Below are positions 36,756-46,541 of a stretch of 54,924 nt of DNA, piece by piece. This stretch comes from a virus. Taxonomy: Duplodnaviria; Caudoviricetes. Each line of letters begins with the position of its first letter. Within the stretch, counting starts at the first letter, position 1. The notes under the pieces were generated by a model. It was given only the letters and a program-made list of their open reading frames with translations. It was not told the origin of the DNA and made no database searches. The position numbers were made by a program, and so were the translations under genes. The stretch spans positions 1 to 54,924 of the IMG/VR virus record IMGVR_UViG_3300042402_003477. One strand, written 5' to 3'.

Positions 36756-38672
36756 ATGCCAGCACCAGTCTTACAGGTAAAAAGAGGTGCTTTATCAAAT
36801 CTGCCAGGTCTTAAAGCAGGTGAACCAGCCTTTACAACAGATTCATTTGATTTTTATGTAGGCATTGATAGTACAACAAATAATAATAAGTTTGTTGGTT
36901 CTCATAGATATTGGAAAAAAGAGACTGCTTCCAGTGGAAGTGGTGTTAATCTTGTAGAATCAACAAGTGGTTCAGATTTTATTACTCTTGCAGCACCAGC
37001 ATCAGTAGGTGCAGCAATAACTTATACATTCCCAGGAACTATCACAAATGGTTACTTCCTGAAAACTAATTCAACTGGTGAGTTATCTTGGGATGCTGTA
37101 GTGAGTGATTTTAATATTGCAGCAGATTCTGGTTCTCCAGATACAGTAAGCACTGGTTCAACAATTACCTTTACTGGCGGAACTAATGTAAACACTGCAG
37201 TAACTGACAACACAATTACTATTAATTTAGATAATGATATTTCAGTTACCAATTTAAATGTTTCTGGGGTTTCTACTTTTGTTGGAGTAGCAACATTTAC
37301 CACAAGTAATGTTTATATTGATAATCAACTTTATGTTGGTGGACTTGAGATTACTGGTGGTGGTGCTTCTATTGGAGAGGATATCACAGCAAGACATTTA
37401 AGTCTATCTGGTATTGCAACAGTAACTGGACTAATTGATGCTAATGGTGGATTAGATGTAACAGGACACACTGAATTAGATAATTTAAATGTTTCCGGAA
37501 TTACTACATTTTCAGATACCACAGATTCCACTAGCAAAGATAGTGGTGCAATAATTATTGAAGGTGGTGTGGGAATTGAGAAAGCAGTTCATGTTGGTGG
37601 AGATTTACATGTTAATGGAAATGTAACTATTGGAGGAACCACAGTTACATTAAAAGGTGAAGATGTTTATATTCAAAACAAAGACATTATTCTTGGATTT
37701 ACAACTGCAATATCCCCAAATGAGGACACTGCAAATCATGCAGGTGTAGCAATTGCATCTACTGTAGGAAGTCCACTAGCTTCATTTGCTGCTTCTGGAA
37801 TTAACACACTTCCAGATACTTACAAGCAGTTGATGTGGTTCCAAACTGGAACTCTTGGGTTTTCTACTGATGCATTTGCATTTAACTATGGATTAGCAAT
37901 TGGAACCACAACAATGGCGAATGGAGTTCGTCTTGCTGTTGGTTCTGGTATCACAATGTCTGATACCTCAATTAGTGCTACTAATTTCTATGGTACTCTT
38001 ACTGGACCAGTTATTGGTACTGCAACAACTGCAACCAGAGCAATAACTGTTGATACAACTGGAATTGCAACTAATCAAGATTATAACTTAACCTTTACTG
38101 ATGGATCTGGCACTGGTAAGACTGTAGGTGTTGATGCAGAACTTCTGTATAATCCTAACACAAATACATTATCTGCCCCCAATATCAAGACTGGTGCAGT
38201 AAAGGCAGCAGATGGAACAACCTCCATCACAATTAGCAATACTACAGGAAATGTTGGAATTGCAAGCAATTTAACTGTAAGTGGAGATCTATTTGTTCTT
38301 GGAACAGCAACAGAAGTCAATACAGATACATTAAAAGTTCAAGACCCTCTGATTGATCTTGGATTGGTTGATAATGGTTCAGGACAATTAGTTCCACCAA
38401 CATCAGATCTCAATCTTGATATTGGTGTCCTGTTAAACTGGTATAGTGGCTCTGCTAAGAAAGCAGCAGTTTATTGGGATGATAGTGCAGGAAGAATTGG
38501 AATTGCATCTGATGTTTCCGAAACAAATAATGTTCTTACAGCAAGTGCTTATGCTGCTGTTGAAATTGGAGCACTTTGGGTAACTGATTGTGCTGGAACT
38601 TCACAAGTTATTTCTTGTACTGGCGCAGAAAGATTTCTTGAAAATATTACAGTGGATGCTGGAACCTTCTGA
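36756..38672 (+). CDS. tail fibre protein
   Basis: QVKRG...L.AGEP N-terminus; LNVSGVSTF repeats; ends VDAGTF. Confidence 0.8.
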   Translation: MPAPVLQVKRGALSNLPGLKAGEPAFTTDSFDFYVGIDSTTNNNKFVGSHRYWKKETASSGSGVNLVESTSGSDFITLAAPASVGAAITYTFPGTITNGYFLKTNSTGELSWDAVVSDFNIAADSGSPDTVSTGSTITFTGGTNVNTAVTDNTITINLDNDISVTNLNVSGVSTFVGVATFTTSNVYIDNQLYVGGLEITGGGASIGEDITARHLSLSGIATVTGLIDANGGLDVTGHTELDNLNVSGITTFSDTTDSTSKDSGAIIIEGGVGIEKAVHVGGDLHVNGNVTIGGTTVTLKGEDVYIQNKDIILGFTTAISPNEDTANHAGVAIASTVGSPLASFAASGINTLPDTYKQLMWFQTGTLGFSTDAFAFNYGLAIGTTTMANGVRLAVGSGITMSDTSISATNFYGTLTGPVIGTATTATRAITVDTTGIATNQDYNLTFTDGSGTGKTVGVDAELLYNPNTNTLSAPNIKTGAVKAADGTTSITISNTTGNVGIASNLTVSGDLFVLGTATEVNTDTLKVQDPLIDLGLVDNGSGQLVPPTSDLNLDIGVLLNWYSGSAKKAAVYWDDSAGRIGIASDVSETNNVLTASAYAAVEIGALWVTDCAGTSQVISCTGAERFLENITVDAGTF

Positions 38673-38860
38673 TGAATGACATAGATTATCAATCAATATT
38701 AGCAGCATATCAGAAAAAGGTATCTGAACTGATAAATCAAGTGATTATCTATGAAGCAAAAATTAATTCTTTGTCATCTACCAATGGTGAATTAATTTCC
38801 AAAGTACAGAAGTTGGAAAATCAAAAAACTACTAGAAAAAAACCTGAGGATTTTGCATAA
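38672..38860 (+). CDS. small coiled-coil hypothetical protein
   Basis: 62 aa; coupled to the upstream fibre gene. Confidence 0.65.
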   Translation: MNDIDYQSILAAYQKKVSELINQVIIYEAKINSLSSTNGELISKVQKLENQKTTRKKPEDFA

Positions 38861-38869
38861 GATAATACT

Positions 38870-38877
38870 TATAAATA
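38870..38877 (+). promoter_or_regulatory. T4-type late promoter
   Basis: TATAAATA in the intergenic gap. Confidence 0.75.
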
Positions 38878-38927
38878 AGATGTTGGTATATACCAACACC
38901 TAAGGTTTTTACCAGACATGAGGTTGA

Positions 38928-41900
38928 ATGGCTGATCCAAAACTTAAGTTCAAAAGATCTTCTGTACCAGGCAAAATTCCCAATGAGACGCAGGTTCCTC
39001 TTGGTGAAATAGCTATCAATACTTATGATGGCAAAGTCTTTGCTTCAAAAAATGTTGGTGTAGGTACAACAGTTTTTGTAGTGAACCCTTGGTCGGTTGG
39101 AACTGGAACCGATAGTTATGATACTTATTTTACTAATGGAAACGTTGGAATAGGAACAACAGATCCAACCACAAAACTTACAGTTCAAGGTGATGTAAGG
39201 ATCACTGGTGGAATTTACGATTCCAATAATAATATTGGATCTAATGGGAGCGTTTTAACTTCTACAGGTGCTGGAGTTTCTTGGATTTCTGGTTCTTCAG
39301 GTGTTCAAGGACTGCAGGGTATTCAAGGAATTCAAGGTCCACAGGGAATTCAGGGAAGACAGGGAATTCAAGGAACTACAGGAACTACAGGAACTACAGG
39401 TTCTCAAGGAGTTCAGGGTATTACTGGAGATCAGGGATCCCAAGGAATTCAAGGAACTACAGGAACTACAGGAACTACAGGTTCTCAAGGAGTTCAGGGA
39501 AGACAGGGAATTCAAGGAACTACAGGATCTACAGGAACTACAGGTTCTCAAGGAGTTCAAGGAACTACAGGTACAGGTACTCAAGGAATTCAAGGAACTA
39601 CAGGATCTACAGGAACTACAGGATCTACAGGATCTACAGGTTCCCAAGGAATTCAAGGAACTACAGGTACAGGTACTCAAGGAATTCAAGGAACTACAGG
39701 AACTACAGGAACTACAGGAACTACAGGTTCCCAAGGAATTCAAGGAATTACAGGTACTCAAGGAACTACAGGTACTCAAGGTATCCAGGGAAGACAAGGA
39801 ATTCAAGGTCCTGGTGGTTTAACAACAACTAATGCTGATACTCTTGATAGTCTTGATAGTTCTCAGTTCTTAAGAACTGATGCTGCTGATACTGCTTCCG
39901 GTTTTCTAACATTGAGTGGTGGCGCAAATGTAAGTAGACCCACAAGTTCTTGGACTACCTTATATTATGGTATTGTTGATTTGGGAGCTTTTTATACCTC
40001 AGGAAGTTTTCGAACTACACTTGTTTCTAATGGATATAGAAATTCTAGTAACCAGTGGACTTCACTATCTGCTGGTGGAAATACTGGAGCCTCTCAGATA
40101 GATTTATCCCCAGATGGAAATATTTACTTCTATGGAGATTCATCTAAATCTAACGGATCTTCGTCCAATCCAACTTTGAGGATGACTTTAAGTCCAACTG
40201 GAACCCTAACCTTAGGATCCTGCTCTGCAAATACTTTAATCTCAACAGTAGCAACAGGAACAGCACCATTAACTGTTTCTTCCACTACTGTAGTAACTAA
40301 CTTAAATGCTGATTTACTTGACGGACTTCATGGATCAAGTTTTTTAAGATCTGACAACTCCAACGATACAGCCACTGGATCTATTAGAACTTCAGGAGGA
40401 GTAATTGAAGCAGGAAGAACCTCAGGAAGCATTGCATTATCGGCCAATGATGGTTATGGTAATGCTAATGTAGCATTTAATCATTATGCTGGAGTTCCTG
40501 ATACAACGGGTTCCTCTGGAAGAATTGTATGCGATGTCGATAGTTCTACTGCAAGATTTTCATTTGGATTAAAAAATAGTACTACTTCAGGTGCGGCAGT
40601 AGGATTGACTGAAGTTATGAGTATGAGTGAAAGTGGAGTATCTATTCCAGGGACATTAAGTGTAACTGGAACATTGTCCGGTGCATTATCTGGCAATGCT
40701 TCCACAGCGACTACCTTGCAAACCACAAGAACTATTTGGGGACAAAGTTTCAATGGAAGTGGCAATGTAACTGGAGCATTGTCCGGCGCCACAACGATAT
40801 CGGCATCATCTGACATCAGCCTCGGAGGTGAATTAAACTTCACAACCGCCGGAGCAAAGTATGTTGACTTTTATACAGACAATGACGCAGGAACTCTTTC
40901 GGCGGTTGCTTTTAGGCTTGTTAATAATGCTTCGAATTCGTTTCACAATGGAATAGTAATGCAGAGGGGTGGGGCTGTTAGTTTATACCATAACAATTCT
41001 CTAAAGCTGGCTACAAGTGCGTCTGGGACTGACGTTACAGGAACCCTTACTGCTGCTACATTCTCCGGGGCACTGCTCGCCGCATCCGGATCAATCACAA
41101 CTCCTGGAGTCGCATCATCTGGTGACACCAACACCGGCCTGTGGTGGGAGTCGGCAGACAAGCTCACGGTGGTCGCTGGTGGTGCGCGGGCTGCTTACTT
41201 CAACGCAACTGAGCAGATCAACTACGGCGCTATTTACATCACCACAGCAGATGATGTTGCAGCTGATGCAACAACGACGACCAGGGATTCGGGGGCACTC
41301 TATTTCAGGGGCAAGTACTGGAACGGCAGTACATCTGCAAACGCAGACTGGCGTATTTACAACGACATGGATGGCACGGGGCCAAATGGTGTACTGAGAT
41401 TTACTTGGCTGGGAACGTCAAAGGTAGCCTTCGACGAAACTGGTTTAGTCTCCGCCACCACCTTCTCCGGCAGTGGTGCATCGCTTACTTCTCTGAACGC
41501 CAGCAACATCAGCTCCGGCACCATTGGAGATGCCTATCTCCCGGCCACTATCAGTTCCGACATTACCGGCAATGCTGCCACATCCACATCGACTACAACG
41601 CCCACCTTCGTAGGTGATGCAGTCACCAGGGATGATATCACCACTAGGATCGATACCGGGTTCTACGAAACGAGCACCGGCACAACTGCCGAAGGTTGGC
41701 CAACCAATAGTGGCGGATATCACCACCTAATATCGGCGACGCACAGCAACAATTCCAACTATTTCGCTCTACAAATTGCGTCGAGATTTGACACGCAAGA
41801 ATTGTATTTCCGCAACACTAGTGGAAGCGGTACGCAGGCATGGAGCACGTTGCTACATAGCGGCAACGTCAGCAGTTACCTCACATCTCTTAATGCCAGC

Positions 41901-42461
41901 AATCTTACCTCGGGAACAGTCCCTGATGCTCGGATCTCTGGTGCATACACTGGAATTACTGCAATCAATGGATCCGGGATAGGCGGAACCAGTGGAGACT
42001 GGTGGACAAAGATACCTCTCATCTCTGGTGGAGGCGTGCTGGAGATTGGGAGATACATTGATTTTCATAGTGCCGCTGCTGGAACCACAGACTTTGATGT
42101 AAGAATAGAATGTACTGGAAGTAATGCCATTACTTTTGGCACATCAACAGCGGTAACAGCAGGTACATTTACAGCATCCTCTGATATAAAACTGAAGAAA
42201 AATATCAAAACTCTTACTAATTCATTAGAAAAGGTATTAAGTCTTCGTGGTGTTGAATATGATCGTATAGATATAGAAGGTCATCATATTGGTGTAGTTG
42301 CTCAAGAAGTAGAACAAATTATTCCTGAAGTTGTTTCAGAAAGCAATGGGACCAAATCTGTTGCTTATGCAAACTTAGTTGCAGTTTTAATTGAAGCAAT
42401 TAAAGAGCAACAAGAGCAAATAAATAATCTCGAACATCAATTAATTGAATTGAAAAAATGA
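38928..42461 (+). CDS. long tail fibre with collagen-like tract and C-terminal S74 chaperone
   Basis: KFKRSSVPGK.P...GEIAINTYDG; GNVGIGTTDP; G-X-Q/G-T-T repeats; SDIKLKKNI...LIEAIKEQQ. Confidence 0.88.
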   Translation: MADPKLKFKRSSVPGKIPNETQVPLGEIAINTYDGKVFASKNVGVGTTVFVVNPWSVGTGTDSYDTYFTNGNVGIGTTDPTTKLTVQGDVRITGGIYDSNNNIGSNGSVLTSTGAGVSWISGSSGVQGLQGIQGIQGPQGIQGRQGIQGTTGTTGTTGSQGVQGITGDQGSQGIQGTTGTTGTTGSQGVQGRQGIQGTTGSTGTTGSQGVQGTTGTGTQGIQGTTGSTGTTGSTGSTGSQGIQGTTGTGTQGIQGTTGTTGTTGTTGSQGIQGITGTQGTTGTQGIQGRQGIQGPGGLTTTNADTLDSLDSSQFLRTDAADTASGFLTLSGGANVSRPTSSWTTLYYGIVDLGAFYTSGSFRTTLVSNGYRNSSNQWTSLSAGGNTGASQIDLSPDGNIYFYGDSSKSNGSSSNPTLRMTLSPTGTLTLGSCSANTLISTVATGTAPLTVSSTTVVTNLNADLLDGLHGSSFLRSDNSNDTATGSIRTSGGVIEAGRTSGSIALSANDGYGNANVAFNHYAGVPDTTGSSGRIVCDVDSSTARFSFGLKNSTTSGAAVGLTEVMSMSESGVSIPGTLSVTGTLSGALSGNASTATTLQTTRTIWGQSFNGSGNVTGALSGATTISASSDISLGGELNFTTAGAKYVDFYTDNDAGTLSAVAFRLVNNASNSFHNGIVMQRGGAVSLYHNNSLKLATSASGTDVTGTLTAATFSGALLAASGSITTPGVASSGDTNTGLWWESADKLTVVAGGARAAYFNATEQINYGAIYITTADDVAADATTTTRDSGALYFRGKYWNGSTSANADWRIYNDMDGTGPNGVLRFTWLGTSKVAFDETGLVSATTFSGSGASLTSLNASNISSGTIGDAYLPATISSDITGNAATSTSTTTPTFVGDAVTRDDITTRIDTGFYETSTGTTAEGWPTNSGGYHHLISATHSNNSNYFALQIASRFDTQELYFRNTSGSGTQAWSTLLHSGNVSSYLTSLNASNLTSGTVPDARISGAYTGITAINGSGIGGTSGDWWTKIPLISGGGVLEIGRYIDFHSAAAGTTDFDVRIECTGSNAITFGTSTAVTAGTFTASSDIKLKKNIKTLTNSLEKVLSLRGVEYDRIDIEGHHIGVVAQEVEQIIPEVVSESNGTKSVAYANLVAVLIEAIKEQQEQINNLEHQLIELKK
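39297..39822 (+). repeat. collagen-like G-T-T / G-X-Q repeats
   Basis: ggaactaca arrays. Confidence 0.9.
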
Positions 42462-42664
42462 CAGAACAACAAAATCACTTAAAAAGTATCATTGAACAGC
42501 AAAAGACTTTGATTTCAGAAATTAATGAACTGAACTCAACTCTTGCTATAAAAAAGGAAAATTTTACTAAACTTCAAGGAATTGTAGAATATCTAACTTC
42601 ACTTGGAGTTACTTTGGATGATAAAGTAGAAGAAACTCCTGAAGAGACTTTATTGGAGAATTGA
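42458..42664 (+). CDS. small coiled-coil protein (possible fibre chaperone)
   Basis: 68 aa, KLQGIVEYL motif, follows the fibre gene. Confidence 0.6.
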   Translation: MTEQQNHLKSIIEQQKTLISEINELNSTLAIKKENFTKLQGIVEYLTSLGVTLDDKVEETPEETLLEN

Positions 42665-42670
42665 TATTTT

Positions 42671-43300
42671 ATGGCAGTTCTTGGTGCTACTTCACTTACT
42701 GGATGTACTTCTATACCATCTTTCATTGGATCTGGATCCAAGATGGTTTTTAGAATGGCAACTACTCCCGTCAGTTGGACTAAAGATACCACTGTAAATG
42801 AAGGATCTCTTCGTGTTGTAAATGGTTCTGCTTCTCCTGGAGGAAGTATAACTTGGTCTCAATGTTTTGCCACTAGACCTTTTGGTGGTGCAATCGGACA
42901 AGCAGCTGATGGATGTTCTGTTCAACCTGCCACTGTAACAGTAACAATGACACAATCTTCAGCTACAGCAACACAAACTGGTCTTACTGCATTACAAGAA
43001 TCACAAATAAATGGACATCAGCATGTGTGCAACATGAACCCAGGAAATCTTTCATTTGGTCCAGGAACTGGAGTTCTCTATGCTGCTAGAGTTCTGATTC
43101 AATGGCAATCTACAGGTCCATCACCTGCTGGAGGAGGTCAACACAGGCACGCAGTAGTTAGTCAGCACACACACCCATTTCCAGCAAATTCTCCTCATAC
43201 TCATACAATTTCTGGGGACCACGGACATACAGGAAACTTTGGAAGTGTTGATTTTAATTTAACTTATGTTGACATGATTATAGCAAGTAAGGATGCATAA
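42671..43300 (+). CDS. short fibre / tail-collar-like protein, paralog 1
   Basis: SLTGC.SIP.F...P.SWTK...LRVV.G; HxH motifs; ends YVDMIIASKD. Confidence 0.7.
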   Translation: MAVLGATSLTGCTSIPSFIGSGSKMVFRMATTPVSWTKDTTVNEGSLRVVNGSASPGGSITWSQCFATRPFGGAIGQAADGCSVQPATVTVTMTQSSATATQTGLTALQESQINGHQHVCNMNPGNLSFGPGTGVLYAARVLIQWQSTGPSPAGGGQHRHAVVSQHTHPFPANSPHTHTISGDHGHTGNFGSVDFNLTYVDMIIASKDA

Positions 43301-43302
43301 TA

Positions 43303-43986
43303 ATGGCAGTATTAACAGTAGATAGTTTAACAGGTTGTAGTTCAATACCAAGTTTTCTTGGTGGATCTGGAGATACTCCAGCAAATCCATCTATCATGAT
43401 TTTCCATCAAACCAGTGCTCCAACAAATTGGACCAAAAGCACATCCTTTAATAATACTGGATTAAGAGTAATTGGTGGTGCTAATGGTACTGCTTTATCT
43501 TCTGGTGGCACTTTACCATTTACTCAAACTTTTACAAGTAGATCAGTAGGACCATTTACTACCGGATCATCCCCCATAATAGATACTCAAATTACTCAAG
43601 CAACTGTTTCATTTTCTCCTGCTGTAACAGCAGATATGAGTGGATTTCCTGGTGCCACTCAACCAGCAACAGTAGACGGACCCCAAACAGCAATTCATGG
43701 AGCTACCCATAACAATCCAGTAGCAGGACCTGGAACTAACCAAGTATCTACAACTGCCCCATTAGTTACTACTTCTGGTGCTCCAGGTCCTCTTGTTAGT
43801 GGCACAACTTCCGGAGCAACTGCTCATAGTCATCCATTAGCATCCCCCCACACTCACCAAATTCAAGTAACTGCTCATAGCCATAATTCAAATCCAGGGG
43901 CACAGGGAAATCATAGTCATACCTATAGTGGAAGTTATGACTTTACTATCACTTATGTGGATGTCATCATTGCAACCAAAAATTAA
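43303..43986 (+). CDS. short fibre / tail-collar-like protein, paralog 2
   Basis: same N- and C-terminal motifs; HSH and HTH repeats. Confidence 0.7.
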   Translation: MAVLTVDSLTGCSSIPSFLGGSGDTPANPSIMIFHQTSAPTNWTKSTSFNNTGLRVIGGANGTALSSGGTLPFTQTFTSRSVGPFTTGSSPIIDTQITQATVSFSPAVTADMSGFPGATQPATVDGPQTAIHGATHNNPVAGPGTNQVSTTAPLVTTSGAPGPLVSGTTSGATAHSHPLASPHTHQIQVTAHSHNSNPGAQGNHSHTYSGSYDFTITYVDVIIATKN

Positions 43987-43991
43987 TAAAA

Positions 43992-44606
43992 ATGGCAATA
44001 CTTCAAGGATCTTCTCTAACTAATTGTCTTTACATTCCAGATTTTATTGCCTCTGGAACAGTAATGTTGTTTGAAAGTACTTCTGCTCCTACAAGTTGGA
44101 CTAAAAGTACTACTCATAATGATAAATCATTAAGAATAGTCAATGGAACAATAGCTACTGGAGGATCATCTAGTTTTTCTACTGTTCTATCTCCATCTAG
44201 ATCTTTATCTTCTCCAGGAACTTCTGCAGTTCAAACTGGATATCAAATCACTGCAGAACCTGGAAATATAAGTATTACAACTGTTACACCTCCTGTCACA
44301 TTTACAGGAGCTACTACTGCTGCTGGTAATCATAACCATAATTATACTGGCAATACAGGAGTACAAAGAGGTACAAATACTCCACAAACACCTAGGTCTG
44401 CAGGAAATACTGCTCTTGCAGGTGGTGGTGCAGCAGGTGGTAATGCACAGCATTCCCACACTTTAAGTGGTAATCCCCATACTCATACAATATCCTCACC
44501 TCATAGTCACACTATTACAGAATCTCCGCATTCACATCCAGCAGGATTTACTGCTCAGTCCTTTGCAGTTTATTATAGAGATGTAATTCTTGCCTCCAAG
44601 GATTGA
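43992..44606 (+). CDS. short fibre / tail-collar-like protein, paralog 3
   Basis: same N- and C-terminal motifs; HNH, HSH and HTH repeats. Confidence 0.7.
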   Translation: MAILQGSSLTNCLYIPDFIASGTVMLFESTSAPTSWTKSTTHNDKSLRIVNGTIATGGSSSFSTVLSPSRSLSSPGTSAVQTGYQITAEPGNISITTVTPPVTFTGATTAAGNHNHNYTGNTGVQRGTNTPQTPRSAGNTALAGGGAAGGNAQHSHTLSGNPHTHTISSPHSHTITESPHSHPAGFTAQSFAVYYRDVILASKD

Positions 44607-44631
44607 ATTTCAAACCAAAATATGTTATACT
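44603..44631 (+). promoter_or_regulatory. sigma70-type promoter upstream of the oxygenases
   Basis: TTGAAT-N17-TATACT with extended TG. Confidence 0.6.
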
Positions 44632-44651
44632 TTTAATTATTTTTCAATAAA

Positions 44652-45839
44652 ATGAATTCCAAACTGTTACAGAATAACTACATTGTTATACCCAATTTTA
44701 TTTCTTCATATAGAGCAGTAGAACTTGCAGAAGAATTTAAAAATTATTGCAAAAATAAAAATCTAATTGGTGATCCACAAGCACCTAATTCATATTCAGA
44801 TTATAATTATATTTCATTTCTTGAGATATTAACAGAAAAAACTCAAGAAATTTCTTCAATTTTAGAAGAAACAGTTTTACCTACATATGTTTATTCTAGA
44901 GTTTATTTCAATGGAAGTGTTCTAGAAAGACATAGAGATAGAGATGCTTGTGAAATATCTTTAACTCTTCATCTGAATGGGGATAAACCTTGGCCTATTT
45001 CTATTCAAACTCCATCAGGTGAAGAAAGATCTGTAACTCTAAATCCAGGAGATGCAATGATGTATCTTGGAAAGATTGCAGATCACTGGAGAGATACTTA
45101 TGACGGAGAGTATTATACTCAAGTATTTTTACATTATGTGAGAAGTAGAGGTGATTGTTCTTATGCTTATTTTGATAAACAGAAAGAAAATGACAACAAA
45201 GAGGATGAAAAAATGAACCAAGTTATTGAGAAAAAGGAAGAAAAAATCTCAACTCCTACATTGATAGTTCACCAATCAAGAACTAAATTAGAAGATTATA
45301 TCCATGTGTTTGATAATATTTTACCTAAACATTTTTGTCAAGAAATTTTAGAGGAATATCGGCATTGTAATGAATGGTCTCCTGCTCTTGTTGGTGGTGG
45401 AATTGAATATAGAGATTCCAGAAATTGTGATCAAATTTTAACTTCAGATCATAACAGTATTTCTAGAAATGAAGAAATTCGAAGATCTATTGATGAGAGA
45501 ATTCATAAATGTATAGCAGAAGCAATGGAATTGTATAGAGAAAAACACCCATTGTTTAATATTGATATTGATACAGGATATCAACTTTTAAGATATCAAG
45601 AAGGTCAATTCTATGTCCAACATACAGATTCATTTAAAGCAGAACAAAGATCAGTATCTTGTTCTATTCAACTGAATGAAGATTATGAAGGTGGGGAATT
45701 TGCTTTCTTTAATAGAGAAATTATGATGAGAACTGGTGTTGGATCTGTGATTATGTTCCCATCAAACTTTATGTACCCTCATGAAGTAATGCCAGTACAA
45801 AAAGGAACTAGATATTCAATTATTACTTGGTTGGTATGA
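44652..45839 (+). CDS. tandem two-domain 2OG-Fe(II) oxygenase
   Basis: domain 1 HRDR.ACEIS...HWR...QVFLHYV; domain 2 HTD...YEGGEF...FPSNFMYPHEV.PV.KG.RYSI. Confidence 0.9.
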   Translation: MNSKLLQNNYIVIPNFISSYRAVELAEEFKNYCKNKNLIGDPQAPNSYSDYNYISFLEILTEKTQEISSILEETVLPTYVYSRVYFNGSVLERHRDRDACEISLTLHLNGDKPWPISIQTPSGEERSVTLNPGDAMMYLGKIADHWRDTYDGEYYTQVFLHYVRSRGDCSYAYFDKQKENDNKEDEKMNQVIEKKEEKISTPTLIVHQSRTKLEDYIHVFDNILPKHFCQEILEEYRHCNEWSPALVGGGIEYRDSRNCDQILTSDHNSISRNEEIRRSIDERIHKCIAEAMELYREKHPLFNIDIDTGYQLLRYQEGQFYVQHTDSFKAEQRSVSCSIQLNEDYEGGEFAFFNREIMMRTGVGSVIMFPSNFMYPHEVMPVQKGTRYSIITWLV

Positions 45840-46525
45840 AGCAATATTATGTGAGAAGAGTATTGGATCATGAGCAATTAAAAGTAGTTCATGATATAAT
45901 TAATGAGTCAAATCAACATAATTTTTGGAATGATGGTTTGTATAGTGGTGGTGGAACTAAAAGTGTTAAAAGTAATGTAGAATTAAATAACCCACAGTTT
46001 TCTCAAACAATTAATGACATGATTATGTCATCTTTGGATGGTGATAAAGGGTTCCATAATTTCACTTCCCCAAGTAATACAAATTTAAATATTATTTCCA
46101 AAACAGTTTCTGGTGGATACTATAATCCACACTTTGATAATTGGAATAATGGTGACTATAGCACTACTGTATTTTTGAATGACCCATCTGAATATGATGG
46201 TGGTGAATTATGCCTATATATTGGTGGAGAGGATGAAGAAAAGATTAAACTTGATGCTGGATGGGCAGTTACTTATTCAACTGGAACCATTCACAGAGTT
46301 AATAAGGTGGTAAGGGGAACTAGATATGTTTCTGTATTTTGGACAAAATCTTTAATCTCTGATCCCTTTATTAGGTTTATACATGGAGAGTTAGGTAATA
46401 TTCAAGATAAGTTACCTATAAATGAGCATTCAGTTCATTTATCAACTTGTATTAGTGCCTTAAATGATCCTTATTTTCTTTTAAATAATTTGAAAACACA
46501 AATACTTCGTAGATATGCATCTTGA
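45836..46525 (+). CDS. PKHD/YbiX(PiuC)-like 2OG-Fe(II) oxygenase
   Basis: YNPHFDN, TVFLNDP.EYDGGEL, HRVNKV.RG.R...VFW; ATG at 45836 overlaps the previous stop. Confidence 0.88.
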   Translation: MKQYYVRRVLDHEQLKVVHDIINESNQHNFWNDGLYSGGGTKSVKSNVELNNPQFSQTINDMIMSSLDGDKGFHNFTSPSNTNLNIISKTVSGGYYNPHFDNWNNGDYSTTVFLNDPSEYDGGELCLYIGGEDEEKIKLDAGWAVTYSTGTIHRVNKVVRGTRYVSVFWTKSLISDPFIRFIHGELGNIQDKLPINEHSVHLSTCISALNDPYFLLNNLKTQILRRYAS

Positions 46526-46541
46526 ATAGGAGAAAAGAATT

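Noticed and set aside
39268-39832. Overlapping ORFs in three frames
   Set aside because: Same repeat-shadow artefact of the G-T-T/G-X-Q tract.
44652-46525. Oxygenases as prolyl hydroxylases for the collagen fibres
   Set aside because: The collagen tracts have almost no Y-position Pro, so the classical substrate is missing; the idea is kept only as a general modification hypothesis.
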